DNA of 64,000 bases from the IMG/VR virus record IMGVR_UViG_3300021185_002017. One strand, written 5' to 3'. Position 1 is the stretch's first letter, and every line of letters begins with the position of its first letter. The position numbers and the translations under genes were made by a program. The notes under the pieces are model-generated. The model was not told where the DNA came from. It did no database searches and worked only from the letters and a program-made list of their open reading frames with translations. Shown piece by piece: positions 39,394 to 48,897 of this stretch. Origin of the DNA: a virus (taxonomy: Duplodnaviria; Caudoviricetes).

Positions 39394-41394
39394 ATGGCGT
39401 ATTCAATAACAACAAATGACAATGTAGTAATATCCGTAACGGATGAACTACTTAATACTGACACGTCCCTGACGCTAATCGGCAGAAACGCTGTTAGTTA
39501 TGGTCAGAGTCTTGCAACAAACTCAGTTCGTCACTTAGAAAACTTTGCTTCTAATAATCCACCAGCTGCATCAGTTCTTCCAACTGGGCATTTATGGTAT
39601 AATAAAAGTGAAAATACATTAAGAGTTTATAACGGATCAACATGGGCAAGAACATCTTTAGTTCCAACAGCAGCAACAGCATTAACAACAGACTTAGTTG
39701 CAGGAACACAATACTTTGATTTAACAGAAGACAAATTAAAAGTACATGACGGTGCAGTATTTAGAGATGCAGTATTACCAGGTGGTACAGTAACATCAGC
39801 ATTAAGTGGCTCTCAATCAGGTAGTGCTTCAAACTATGGTGCAAAAATTGAAACATTATTTTTAACAGCACAAGGTGGCTCACCAAGTCATGTTCCAGTT
39901 TTAGCACTTAAATATGTTAGTGACGGTTCAACACCAGGTGAGTTTGCAGACGCAGCTCATGATAGTGCAGGCGCAACTGTTATGGCTATCTTCTCAGATA
40001 CAGCCTTTTCAATTGATGCAAACGACCCTTACTACCCTTCACTATCAAATGTAAACAGTTTTAGTGGTACAATTACTAAGGGTATGAACCTTAGAGCAGA
40101 TTATACAGATTCAAGTATTGCACAATCAGATACTAGTACATTTGCTGATCAAGCAAATGCTCTTTATGTTGGTGGTGCACCAATTAGTTCAGCAGATTAT
40201 ATACATACAGGTTCCGTTAACTGGGTGCCTGATACTGTTGGAGCAGTACTAGGTGACGCTTCAAATAGATTCGATGAACTACATGTAAACGAAATTCAAG
40301 TAGGTCAGTCAGGAACTCCAAATGTAATTGGAATTTTAGGTGATGTAACATTAGGTAATGTCTCAAACGAAGTTAAAGAAATTTTCGTACATGATTTGCA
40401 TGTATCAGGAGACTTAGACTTTGCCGCAGTTAACACATTAACAAACCTAGAAAGTGCTGACATTGATGATGTAACATTAACAACAGGTACAATTAGTACA
40501 ACAGCATCAAGTGCAACAGATATTGTTAACTTCTCAACACTTACAGCAGCAACAACATCAACATCGCTTGTTGCAGGTGCAACAATTACAGCAGGACCAG
40601 TAACAGCATCACAATCACATAATGTGTTTTTAGGTGCAGGCTCCGGTAATGTATCAACTGTTACACATTCAGGATTAACTTATGTTCCAAGTACAAGTAC
40701 ATTAACAGCAGGAACAGTAGCCGCAACAACATTAACAGATGGTTCTTTTAGTGTTTCATCAGGTTCTGTTACAGGTGTTACAGATTTAGATGCAAGTGGT
40801 GAAATTAACGGCGACACATTAACAGACGGCACAGTTACAATTACTAACGGTGCTATCTCAGGTGCTCAAGCAATTACATCTTTTGCTACTGTCACAGGTG
40901 CTACACTAACTGATGGTACAGCAAGTATTAACAGTGGTGCTTTAACTGGTGCAACTACAGGTAACTTTAGTGGTACAGTAACAGCAGGCTTGTTTAGCGG
41001 TACAGCAACACAGGCTAGATATGCTGACTTGGCAGAGAAATACACAGCAGACGCAGATTACCCAGCAGGCACAGTTGTTAAAATTGGTGGCGATGCTGAA
41101 ATAACAATGACAACAGAACATGCAGACACAGAAGTATTTGGTGTGATCTCAACAGATCCAGCATATTTAATGAACAAAGACATTGACGGTCTTCCAGTTG
41201 CATTACAGGGCAGAGTACCTGTTAAAGTAATTGGCAAAGTCAAAAAAGGACAAAGATTAACATCTAGTGATGTACCAGGATTAGCATGGGCGGCGGACGA
41301 TGAAACTCCTCTACAAGCAATAATTGGTAGATCATTAGAAAACAAAGATAATGGCAACGAAGGTGTTGTCGAAGCAGTAATAGGCGTAAAATAA
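39394..41394 (+). CDS. Tail fibre protein with C-terminal chaperone-like domain
   Basis: N-terminal TSLTLIGRN...HLENFA...GHLWYN fibre attachment motif, Thr/Gly/Ser-rich shaft, and C-terminal ARYADLAEKY...PVALQGRVPVKV...IIGRSLE domain. Confidence 0.8.
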   Translation: MAYSITTNDNVVISVTDELLNTDTSLTLIGRNAVSYGQSLATNSVRHLENFASNNPPAASVLPTGHLWYNKSENTLRVYNGSTWARTSLVPTAATALTTDLVAGTQYFDLTEDKLKVHDGAVFRDAVLPGGTVTSALSGSQSGSASNYGAKIETLFLTAQGGSPSHVPVLALKYVSDGSTPGEFADAAHDSAGATVMAIFSDTAFSIDANDPYYPSLSNVNSFSGTITKGMNLRADYTDSSIAQSDTSTFADQANALYVGGAPISSADYIHTGSVNWVPDTVGAVLGDASNRFDELHVNEIQVGQSGTPNVIGILGDVTLGNVSNEVKEIFVHDLHVSGDLDFAAVNTLTNLESADIDDVTLTTGTISTTASSATDIVNFSTLTAATTSTSLVAGATITAGPVTASQSHNVFLGAGSGNVSTVTHSGLTYVPSTSTLTAGTVAATTLTDGSFSVSSGSVTGVTDLDASGEINGDTLTDGTVTITNGAISGAQAITSFATVTGATLTDGTASINSGALTGATTGNFSGTVTAGLFSGTATQARYADLAEKYTADADYPAGTVVKIGGDAEITMTTEHADTEVFGVISTDPAYLMNKDIDGLPVALQGRVPVKVIGKVKKGQRLTSSDVPGLAWAADDETPLQAIIGRSLENKDNGNEGVVEAVIGVK

Positions 41395-41409
41395 ATTTAG
41401 GAGATTTAA

Positions 41410-42381
41410 ATGGCTTCAGGATCAGCAGTAACAATAACAGGCGGCACTAATATGACGCAAGTCGTAGCAGGCACGGACACGATTGCTGCCGCGGACTTTA
41501 ATAATGCTCGAACAAATGTAAACACTTTATTAAGTGGCGCTGCTGATGTAACGACAGGTACATTTACAGTAGCAAACACTTACGGTTGGAATCAAGGTGG
41601 TGCAGGTGTTAGTGCAGCAAGTGCAGGTAATACAGTGCAAGATACAGGCGCAGGTGGTTTTAAAGATTTACAGGATGATGTACAGGCAATGTGTGCATTC
41701 TTAGGACAATCAGTAAGATCAGGTGTAGGTTCAGATGTATCAACATCAGATACTATAACAGCGGCAACTTGGAATAACTTGATGCTAAACGTTAAAGATT
41801 GTTGGGATAATAGATTTTCACCAGCAGGTAGAACAGCGGCAACAGATGGTAGTACTACTAGAACATCATCGTGGACTAATACACTAACTCAAACTACTAC
41901 ATGGACATTTGCTAATGAGGGTGCTTGTAGAGCATTCTTTAACGGCGGTGGTGCTGTAGGCATGAGTGCAAGTAGAAGTGGTGGTACAAGTAATACTCAG
42001 AATACACAATGGACTAATAAACTAAGTGGTATTTCAGATGTATGGTTATATCATAACACAACATCAGCAAGTGCTGGTACAAGTGCAGGACTTGGTTTTT
42101 ATGAGTTAACTACTAGTTACCAACAAATTATGATTTACTATGGTGGAACATCTCCATATACTTCAGACTATATTCAAGTACTTGCTAAAGTAAATAGCAC
42201 AACTAACCCAACTGTAATTTCAATTCAAACAAAATTACGAGATGAAGGCGATAACGTGCTTGATGAAGCGGTAAACGGTACACTTACTATTAACGCAAGA
42301 AGAAATCAGCCTAACGCAAGTGGTTCAGGCTTTAGTTTTGCTACACCAACAGACAGTGTAGGAACAATTAGCGGAAGTTAA
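41410..42381 (+). CDS. Virion structural / short fibre protein
   Basis: Thr/Gly/Ser-rich, with two related motifs (TIAAADFNN, TITAATWNN). Last gene before a strong terminator. Confidence 0.6.
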   Translation: MASGSAVTITGGTNMTQVVAGTDTIAAADFNNARTNVNTLLSGAADVTTGTFTVANTYGWNQGGAGVSAASAGNTVQDTGAGGFKDLQDDVQAMCAFLGQSVRSGVGSDVSTSDTITAATWNNLMLNVKDCWDNRFSPAGRTAATDGSTTRTSSWTNTLTQTTTWTFANEGACRAFFNGGGAVGMSASRSGGTSNTQNTQWTNKLSGISDVWLYHNTTSASAGTSAGLGFYELTTSYQQIMIYYGGTSPYTSDYIQVLAKVNSTTNPTVISIQTKLRDEGDNVLDEAVNGTLTINARRNQPNASGSGFSFATPTDSVGTISGS

Positions 42382-42400
42382 TAATTAACTAACTTTAAAA

Positions 42401-42431
42401 AGCCAGTAATTACAGTTACTGGCTTTTTTTT
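42401..42431 (+). terminator. Rho-independent terminator ending the structural operon
   Basis: AGCCAGTAA-ttacag-TTACTGGCT followed by a T-run and preceded by an A-run. Confidence 0.85.
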
Positions 42432-42446
42432 GGCTTAAATATAGGT

Positions 42447-42806
42447 ATGAGTACACGATTATCTAAAGCACTAGAATTTGCAAATTACCGAGTCACCCTG
42501 AACAATCAGAACGCTGCCTTGAAGGCTAAAACTCAAAACTTATTGAGCTACAGTATTAACGGTGGTACATTTGTTATTGATTTACCATTACTTACATTTT
42601 GTAAGCAACTTATAGATCTCAAGCATAAAGATGCAGTTCTATTAGACAGTTTTGATAATCCTATCAAAGTAGAGCTAAAAGAATTTCATAAAGAGATTCT
42701 TAGTAGATGGTTCGAAGTTACAAATGACTACTACACTGAGTATGAAAAATTACGCAGAGCAAGAAAAGTTCATAAGATTTTGGATTTAAATGAAAAGGAA
42801 GAATAG
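42447..42806 (+). CDS. Hypothetical protein (119 aa)
   Basis: ORF preceded by CTTAAATA (late-promoter variant at 42434-42441) and overlapping the next gene. Confidence 0.65.
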   Translation: MSTRLSKALEFANYRVTLNNQNAALKAKTQNLLSYSINGGTFVIDLPLLTFCKQLIDLKHKDAVLLDSFDNPIKVELKEFHKEILSRWFEVTNDYYTEYEKLRRARKVHKILDLNEKEE

Positions 42807-43686
42807 CCGCGGCATCTTAATGTTTGCCCATAACAACGACGAAATAGATTATTTCAAGTTGGCAGTAGTAAACAGTTTCTTAATACAAAAACACTTAGGT
42901 ATTAAGGATATCACTGTGGTAACAGATTCGCATAGTTTAGCTCACGCAGAAAAAGAGCTAGGCAAAAAGACTATTAAGAAAGCAATAAACAATATAGTCA
43001 TTAGTGAAAAAGATAGAAACTTTAAAAGAGCAAACATACGGATATACAAAGATACCAGTCACACTGCAAAAAACTTATCATTTTATAATGTAAACAGATG
43101 TGATGCATACGATATCTCACCGTATGATGAAACTATATTACTTGATGCAGACTACCTTATATTAAGTGATACATTGAATCAGTGTTGGGAACACAACAAC
43201 GAACTGATGATGAATTGGAAGTGGCAAGATGTTATGCACGAAAGAGAATTCGAAAACTTAGATAGACTCAACGAATTAGGCATAACAATGTATTGGGCCA
43301 CTGTGGTGTACTTTAAAAAGACACCATATGTAGAAAGTTTTTTCAATTGTGTAAAACATGTAAAAGACAACAGTCAATTTTACAGAGACTTATACAAATG
43401 GAAAGGTAGGTTATATAGAAACGATTATAGTTTTAGTGTAGCCGCACACACGATGTCGGGCTTTATAGATAAAGGAATCCCTCAACTGCCTACAACACTG
43501 TACAAAACATTTGATACAGATGATGTACATAGTGCAATGAGCGAGGACACTCTTTTGTTGTATTTAGAAAAGCCTAGATCACCTGGTGATTTTATGATTA
43601 CCAAATGGAGCGGAGTTGATTTGCATGTAATGAACAAATGGGCAATCAACAGAATTAGCAAGGAGTTACTCGACTATGTCGCCTGA
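42790..43686 (+). CDS. Glycosyltransferase-like protein (GT-A fold, DxD)
   Basis: RGILMFAHNN, YDISPYDETILLDADYLI (DxD), YWATVVYFKK and YRNDYSFSVA motifs. Paralogous to 45141-46004. Confidence 0.7.
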   Translation: MKRKNSRGILMFAHNNDEIDYFKLAVVNSFLIQKHLGIKDITVVTDSHSLAHAEKELGKKTIKKAINNIVISEKDRNFKRANIRIYKDTSHTAKNLSFYNVNRCDAYDISPYDETILLDADYLILSDTLNQCWEHNNELMMNWKWQDVMHEREFENLDRLNELGITMYWATVVYFKKTPYVESFFNCVKHVKDNSQFYRDLYKWKGRLYRNDYSFSVAAHTMSGFIDKGIPQLPTTLYKTFDTDDVHSAMSEDTLLLYLEKPRSPGDFMITKWSGVDLHVMNKWAINRISKELLDYVA

Positions 43687-43736
43687 AGACAAGGACTTTC
43701 GAAAGAGACAACAAGATTTAACAGAATTAAACGGAG

Positions 43737-43979
43737 ATGGAAATCGTCAGCGTGGTAGATACGGTGAAGATGAGAGCCATCTCAAACCTGAAGAGGATGA
43801 AAAAGATAGCAAAGAAAACACCGAAGGTAGGTGATCTAATTGAACACACTTGTTCTTTGAACGGAAAGTTTGAAGGCAAAGTAGTGCAATTATTGTCTAT
43901 GCAGTTTGTATATGAAACTGCAAAAGGTGATAGGCGTTTCTGTCTCTTTAGGGAAACATGGAGGTTTATTGATGGCTAA
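43737..43979 (+). CDS. Small hypothetical protein (start probably at ATG 43797)
   Basis: KVGDLIEHTC...FEGKVVQLL beta-rich segment, with a GAGG SD before the MKKIAKK start. Confidence 0.45.
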   Translation: MEIVSVVDTVKMRAISNLKRMKKIAKKTPKVGDLIEHTCSLNGKFEGKVVQLLSMQFVYETAKGDRRFCLFRETWRFIDG

Positions 43980-44145
43980 AAAGAAACAAGAAGATATGGC
44001 TGACCACAGACCGGCTGTCAGCGATTTATGGAAAACTGATTCTATAAATTGGGACTTGATTCAACGCATGAGATTTATGAATGCAGATGCAGAAATAGAT
44101 CCAGAGGATAGTTATTCCAAGGGCAGAAAGTTTGATGAAGACTAG
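43972..44145 (+). CDS. Small hypothetical protein
   Basis: ATG 43972 with a GGAGG SD, overlapping the previous stop; in frame with track ORF 43906-44145. Confidence 0.5.
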   Translation: MAKKKQEDMADHRPAVSDLWKTDSINWDLIQRMRFMNADAEIDPEDSYSKGRKFDED

Positions 44146-44581
44146 GTATTACATACTCGCAGGTATAGTTTACACATTGTTTGTAGGCTTTATTGTGAAT
44201 ACTGTAACCTACAGAGTGACATACGAAGAAGTTAAGGAATCATGCTTAATAGATGGCTGTACAAATGTATATGAATACACAGGTGAAGTCGGTGGTGAGG
44301 AATGGGAAGAACTAATCATAATTGCTGAAGAGCTTCAAGAAGAAGCGGAAATGTGGGAGGCAAGTGCCGACGCAAAATGGGAAAGTGACGAGAATCCATA
44401 CTACAACACAGCATCTGAACAATCCGATGCCGCAGTATATGTTAATATGTTTATGATGTTAGCAGATCCTATAAACTGGTTGTTTACATTTTTAATAGCA
44501 AGTTTTATAGCAGGTTTCTACTTAGCATTTTATAGTTGTAAACTAGCAATAGAAAGATATTTTAAAGAGGGCAATGAGTAA
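44132..44581 (+). CDS. Predicted membrane protein (2 hydrophobic segments flanking an acidic loop)
   Basis: YYILAGIVYTLFVGFIV and WLFTFLIASFIAGFYLAFY, with a Glu-rich middle. Confidence 0.65.
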   Translation: MMKTRYYILAGIVYTLFVGFIVNTVTYRVTYEEVKESCLIDGCTNVYEYTGEVGGEEWEELIIIAEELQEEAEMWEASADAKWESDENPYYNTASEQSDAAVYVNMFMMLADPINWLFTFLIASFIAGFYLAFYSCKLAIERYFKEGNE

Positions 44582-44897
44582 AGATTTAGGAAGAAAGTTT
44601 TGTGCATTCTGGATATTTGTAATATTCTTTTGGATGTGGCCATACAGGCTAGTAACAAAAAGGAACAACTGTTATTTTTGGACACTGGAAAAACTTATAA
44701 CAGACGGCGGCAGTGTCAAATGGTATAAAAGTCATATCTGGTATGGGTACCACTGTACTTGGATTGACACCGAAGGAGTGGAGTGGGAATACACTTTGCC
44801 AAAAATGAAAAAGACTTCTTTATGGGGTGTGATGTGGTACCATGGCAAAATAAGGAAGTTTAGTAGAGGAAATAATTATTTTTTAAAGGGCAAGTAA
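44574..44897 (+). CDS. Trp-rich hypothetical protein with N-terminal hydrophobic segment
   Basis: FCAFWIFVIFFWMWPY; overlaps the upstream stop, which suggests translational coupling. Confidence 0.6.
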   Translation: MSKDLGRKFCAFWIFVIFFWMWPYRLVTKRNNCYFWTLEKLITDGGSVKWYKSHIWYGYHCTWIDTEGVEWEYTLPKMKKTSLWGVMWYHGKIRKFSRGNNYFLKGK

Positions 44898-44898
44898 A

Positions 44899-45144
44899 AT
44901 GAATTGGTGGGATAAATTTTTAGAGTGGGGTTGGCAGAGAGAAGCCGATAACCAGTTTCAAAAAGGACAAGAAGAAAAGAAAGTTATCGATATGATGGCA
45001 GATGATGTTGACCCAAACGAAGTCACAATCGAGAACGCATATAAAACAAGATGGATATGGTATCACACTATTCTAGCAATAGGTATCTTTATGACAAACA
45101 TAGTTTTAATAGCAATCTTTTTATTATTAGCGATTAAGTTATGA
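44899..45144 (+). CDS. Small membrane protein (C-terminal TM)
   Basis: WYHTILAIGIFMTNIVLIAIFLLLAIKL hydrophobic tail; overlaps the next ATG. Confidence 0.65.
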   Translation: MNWWDKFLEWGWQREADNQFQKGQEEKKVIDMMADDVDPNEVTIENAYKTRWIWYHTILAIGIFMTNIVLIAIFLLLAIKL

Positions 45145-46004
45145 GCAGAGGATACATAGTAATAGCACAAAACAATAAGACTGTTGATTACTTAGAACAG
45201 GCGTATGCCCTAGCACTCAATTTAAAGTTAACACAGAGCACTGTAAGCAATCTAACAGTGTGTGTAGACGCCGCAACGAAAGCATTAATTAAAACAAAAC
45301 ACAAACAAGTTTTTGATCATATTGTTGATATTCCATGGAATGACGATGCTGAAAATCAACCTTGGAAGATCAATAACAAGTGGAAGTTCTATTATATGTC
45401 ACCGTATGACGAAACAGTTATACTAGACACTGATATGATATTCCCCACTGATGTAAGTTACTGGTGGGATATGTTAAGCGAACGAGATGTGTGGGCTACT
45501 ACAAATGTTAGAACATACAGGGGAGATGTTGTTACTAGTGATTACTATAGAAAGTATTTTGTTGCTAATGAATTATCTAATGTGTACACAGCATTCTTTT
45601 ATTTTAAGAAAAGCGACTTGGCTAGTGAATTGTTTGCAATGATTGAAATCATATTTCAGCACTGGCAACGAATGTTTTATAAGTATATGCCCAAAGGCAA
45701 GCCAGCATGGTTAAGCGGAGATGTTGCGTATGCATTAGCAATGCAATTGTTAGACATTGAAGCAGAATGTACTAAGCCACTAGCAAATAACTTTCCTACT
45801 TTTGTACACATGAAAAGTCATGTACAGGATATAGCATCTACACTTATAGATGAGAATTGGACTAAGACATTACCTACTTATTATAACAAGTATGATGATT
45901 TTAAAATAGGAAACTTTCAGCAACTATTACCTTTTCATTATGTAGAAAAAAATTGGATGAAGCCAGATATGGTAAAACAAATGGAGAACGATCTTGGTAT
46001 CTGA
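45141..46004 (+). CDS. Glycosyltransferase-like protein (GT-A fold, DxD)
   Basis: RGYIVIAQNN, WKFYYMSPYDETVILDTDMIF (DxD), NVYTAFFYFKK and GDVAYALA motifs. Paralogue of 42790-43686. Confidence 0.75.
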   Translation: MSRGYIVIAQNNKTVDYLEQAYALALNLKLTQSTVSNLTVCVDAATKALIKTKHKQVFDHIVDIPWNDDAENQPWKINNKWKFYYMSPYDETVILDTDMIFPTDVSYWWDMLSERDVWATTNVRTYRGDVVTSDYYRKYFVANELSNVYTAFFYFKKSDLASELFAMIEIIFQHWQRMFYKYMPKGKPAWLSGDVAYALAMQLLDIEAECTKPLANNFPTFVHMKSHVQDIASTLIDENWTKTLPTYYNKYDDFKIGNFQQLLPFHYVEKNWMKPDMVKQMENDLGI

Positions 46005-46659
46005 AGCAGCACTTGCTAGAAAGAAAAGATTCATGGAAGCCAAAGAAGAGCATGGTGGAGATGTTGCTGGCTTAACAAAGCATATTGAATCATTAGATTG
46101 GAACTTGTGGCACGAAGAAGATGGCACAATTATATCTATGAGCAAAGAATGGAATGAAAAACTAGCAGACAAATATGAAACTGCTAAGTTTAACAACGAA
46201 CAAGTAAGTATATTACAAGACAAGAACTGGAACTTGTATCGTATACGCACAGACAAACACAATAAGCATGTAAAATTTATTGAAGTACGCCCTGTGGTAA
46301 TTGATAAAATTAGTACAGAAGATGACTTCTTATTTCAAGTAGATAACAATTCTAAGTCAGCATACGACATTAAAATAGTTTTAAGTTCTAAGGACATAAC
46401 AGTTACTCCACATTTAAATCTTTTAGAAAAGTATGCAGAAATTGCAATAGAGGATGCTGTTATCAACGGCAGAAAAGTATTCCCGTTGTATATAACATCG
46501 AAAAACGATCCTAGTTTTATGTTCCACACTATAAACATATCACTGTACGATATACTAAATAGTAAAAAAGTAATAAAAGAAACACCTACTGATTTTAGAG
46601 GATGTAGTATTTTTACACAGAAACTATTTGACAATTACAAGTATGAGGAGAAAAAATGA
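45994..46659 (+). CDS. Hypothetical protein, paralogue A
   Basis: Shares ALARKxRF...HGG and INGRK..F...TQxLFDxY motifs with the next gene. Confidence 0.7.
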   Translation: MVSEAALARKKRFMEAKEEHGGDVAGLTKHIESLDWNLWHEEDGTIISMSKEWNEKLADKYETAKFNNEQVSILQDKNWNLYRIRTDKHNKHVKFIEVRPVVIDKISTEDDFLFQVDNNSKSAYDIKIVLSSKDITVTPHLNLLEKYAEIAIEDAVINGRKVFPLYITSKNDPSFMFHTINISLYDILNSKKVIKETPTDFRGCSIFTQKLFDNYKYEEKK

Positions 46660-47315
46660 GCGACGAACTTAGTCCACAGGCACTAGCAAGAAAGCAAAGA
46701 TTTTTGGATGAAAAAGGAACACACGGTGGTTTTGATAACTTAGTGAAAGCTCAAGAAACTAGAGCAAGGCGTGTATACTTCGATGAGCGTGGCGACATAA
46801 TGAGTATATGTCATCAAGAACCACACGAAGTTAATCCATTATGGCTCACATACAATTTTGATCAGCATGTTATTAATGAACTAGATGATAAAGATGTTAA
46901 TAAGTTTTGGGTAGTAACACGAAAAGATCAAACATGCGAAATACAAATACGCCCACAAGCAACAGTGTATGCAACATTAACAGCAGATGATACTGTTAAA
47001 GTAGAGTTTGATCCTGAATTAGAAGTAGCAGATTGTATGGTTTCTATCAAAGAAGATCATGCAGAAATACAATTAAGCGATAAGTTTAAGGAAACAATGA
47101 AAGGAGTTTACCCTATACAAGCAACAATTAATGGTAAACGAATATTTAAATTCTTTATGTGTGATGCTGATCAGCAAGGTGTTATATTTGATACCATCAC
47201 AGTTTCGATGGTTGAGCTGTTAACAGAAAAAATAGTTACTAAAGAACTACTTGCAGACTTGCGCCATTGTACAGTTTACACACAACCTTTGTTCGATAAA
47301 TACTTGAGAGTATAA
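46656..47315 (+). CDS. Hypothetical protein, paralogue B
   Basis: ALARKQRF...HGG and INGKRIF...TQPLFDKY motifs; ATGA overlap with the previous gene. Confidence 0.7.
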   Translation: MSDELSPQALARKQRFLDEKGTHGGFDNLVKAQETRARRVYFDERGDIMSICHQEPHEVNPLWLTYNFDQHVINELDDKDVNKFWVVTRKDQTCEIQIRPQATVYATLTADDTVKVEFDPELEVADCMVSIKEDHAEIQLSDKFKETMKGVYPIQATINGKRIFKFFMCDADQQGVIFDTITVSMVELLTEKIVTKELLADLRHCTVYTQPLFDKYLRV

Positions 47316-47330
47316 ACAGGACAACACAAT

Positions 47331-48335
47331 ATGGCAAAGATAGATGTCACTGAGCTAGACATTTTCTATATTTCATACGATGAACCCAATTGCGAAGAAC
47401 ATTGGGCAGATCTATTGAACAAGGTACCGTGGGCAAAGCGTGTACATGGAGTTAAAGGTTTCGATGCGGCACATAAAACAGCCGCTAATCAATCAGAAAC
47501 AGATCGCTTTATCACAGTTGATGGAGATAACATTGTCATGGACGACTTCTTTGAGCAAGTGTTAGATGTACCTGATACAGATTTAGACGGCAACAACATA
47601 TCAGAAAGTATCTTTAGTTGGAATGCAAAGAACATTCTTAACGGATTAGTATACGGCAATGGTGGACTAAAGTGTTGGCCCACTGAATATACCAAAAGCA
47701 TTAACACACATGAAGCCGCAACAGACGGTGAAGGTATGGAGTTTTGCTGGAAGTTAAACTATATACAACTCAACGACACATTCTCAGAAGTACACCAAAC
47801 AGCATCACCCTTCCAAGCATTTAGAGCAGGATTCAGAGAAGGTGTTAAAATGAGTTTGGATCAAGGTGCAAGAGTATCACCAGACGAATTCCAACAACAA
47901 ATATGGTACGGTAACTATAACAGATTACAAACATGGTGCAACATTGGTACTGATGTTCCTAACGGCTTATGGGCTCTATATGGTGCTAGACTAGGTTGCC
48001 ATATGGCAGTACTAAGTGACTGGGACGTTAATTTAATATCTGATTTTGATTGGTTTAAAAGTTTCTTCTATGATGAAGTAGCACCTAAGTTTGATGGCCT
48101 AAACGATTTAAAGTGTAGTTATACTAGACTTGAATGGCAACAGGAATTGTTATACAAAGAAGTATGCAGGATAGGACACGAACTTAACGAAGCCATTAAT
48201 AGTATGATGTTGTTTAACCCTAACGAACAAATGTGTAGATTCTTTAAGAAAACTTATGTTAATCCTAGACGCTGGGGTGCAATGGTTAGAGAAAAACAAA
48301 TACAAGACCTACTTGAAAAAGGTCTTATACAATGA
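47331..48335 (+). CDS. Glycosyltransferase family 2-like protein
   Basis: DIFYISYDEPN, RVHGVKGFDAAHKTAA, RFITVDGDN (DxD), NGLVYGNGGLKCW and QAFRAGFREGVKM motifs. Confidence 0.7.
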   Translation: MAKIDVTELDIFYISYDEPNCEEHWADLLNKVPWAKRVHGVKGFDAAHKTAANQSETDRFITVDGDNIVMDDFFEQVLDVPDTDLDGNNISESIFSWNAKNILNGLVYGNGGLKCWPTEYTKSINTHEAATDGEGMEFCWKLNYIQLNDTFSEVHQTASPFQAFRAGFREGVKMSLDQGARVSPDEFQQQIWYGNYNRLQTWCNIGTDVPNGLWALYGARLGCHMAVLSDWDVNLISDFDWFKSFFYDEVAPKFDGLNDLKCSYTRLEWQQELLYKEVCRIGHELNEAINSMMLFNPNEQMCRFFKKTYVNPRRWGAMVREKQIQDLLEKGLIQ

Positions 48336-48493
48336 AGAAGTTATGGACTATATGGCAATATAGTTTAGGTGGCTACGATGATGAAACCACTGAACCATAC
48401 GACAATTATATTACTATTGTAAGAACATTAATTGTTGGCGTTAACTTTTTAACCTGCTTTTTTATTATGGCTAATGTGGTACACAATTGGTGA
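48332..48493 (+). CDS. Small membrane protein (53 aa)
   Basis: Below the track cutoff. ATGA overlap, reading MKKLWTIWQYSLGGYDDETTEPYDNYITIVRTLIVGVNFLTCFFIMANVVHNW*. Confidence 0.55.
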   Translation: MKKLWTIWQYSLGGYDDETTEPYDNYITIVRTLIVGVNFLTCFFIMANVVHNW

Positions 48494-48591
48494 CATATTT
48501 TCAGTTCTCAATAATATTACTTTTTATTATACCTGTAGCATGTTGGTATGCTGCTGTGTGGATGACTGACTATTTTGATGGTAAAAAGTGA

Positions 48592-48620
48592 TTGACACTT
48601 GCATTCAGTGAGTGTATAAT
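48592..48620 (+). promoter_or_regulatory. Perfect sigma70-type promoter
   Basis: TTGACA-N17-TATAAT, 25 nt upstream of ATG 48646. Confidence 0.85.
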
Positions 48621-48645
48621 ATAATTTTATATTGAAGGTAAACTA

Positions 48646-48897
48646 ATGAAAGATCCAGAAAAGTTCTTTGCGGAAGCTCAGAAAGGAATTGTAACTGTAG
48701 TATTTGAAAAACTACACACAAAAGAAATTCGTACGATGCCTTGTACACTTAATCCTGAACTAGGCGATTTCACTATTGAAATTAAAAAGTATGATCCTAA
48801 AAGCGACCACTATGTAGTATGGTGTACAGACAAAGACGCATGGCGTTCATTTAGAGTTAGTACAGTCAAGGAGTGGTATACAGGTGAGCCAAAGTAA
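48646..48897 (+). CDS. Small SH3-fold / WYL_2-like phage protein
   Basis: GIVTVVFEK...RTMPCTLNP...VWCTDKDAWRSFRV pattern typical of this small T4-like phage family. Confidence 0.6.
   Translation: MKDPEKFFAEAQKGIVTVVFEKLHTKEIRTMPCTLNPELGDFTIEIKKYDPKSDHYVVWCTDKDAWRSFRVSTVKEWYTGEPK

Noticed and set aside
11431-41357. Numerous 60-190 aa minus-strand ORFs within the baseplate, giant protein and fibre genes
   Set aside because: Antisense shadows with no SD or motifs, arising from the codon bias of Thr/Ala/Gly-rich sense genes.
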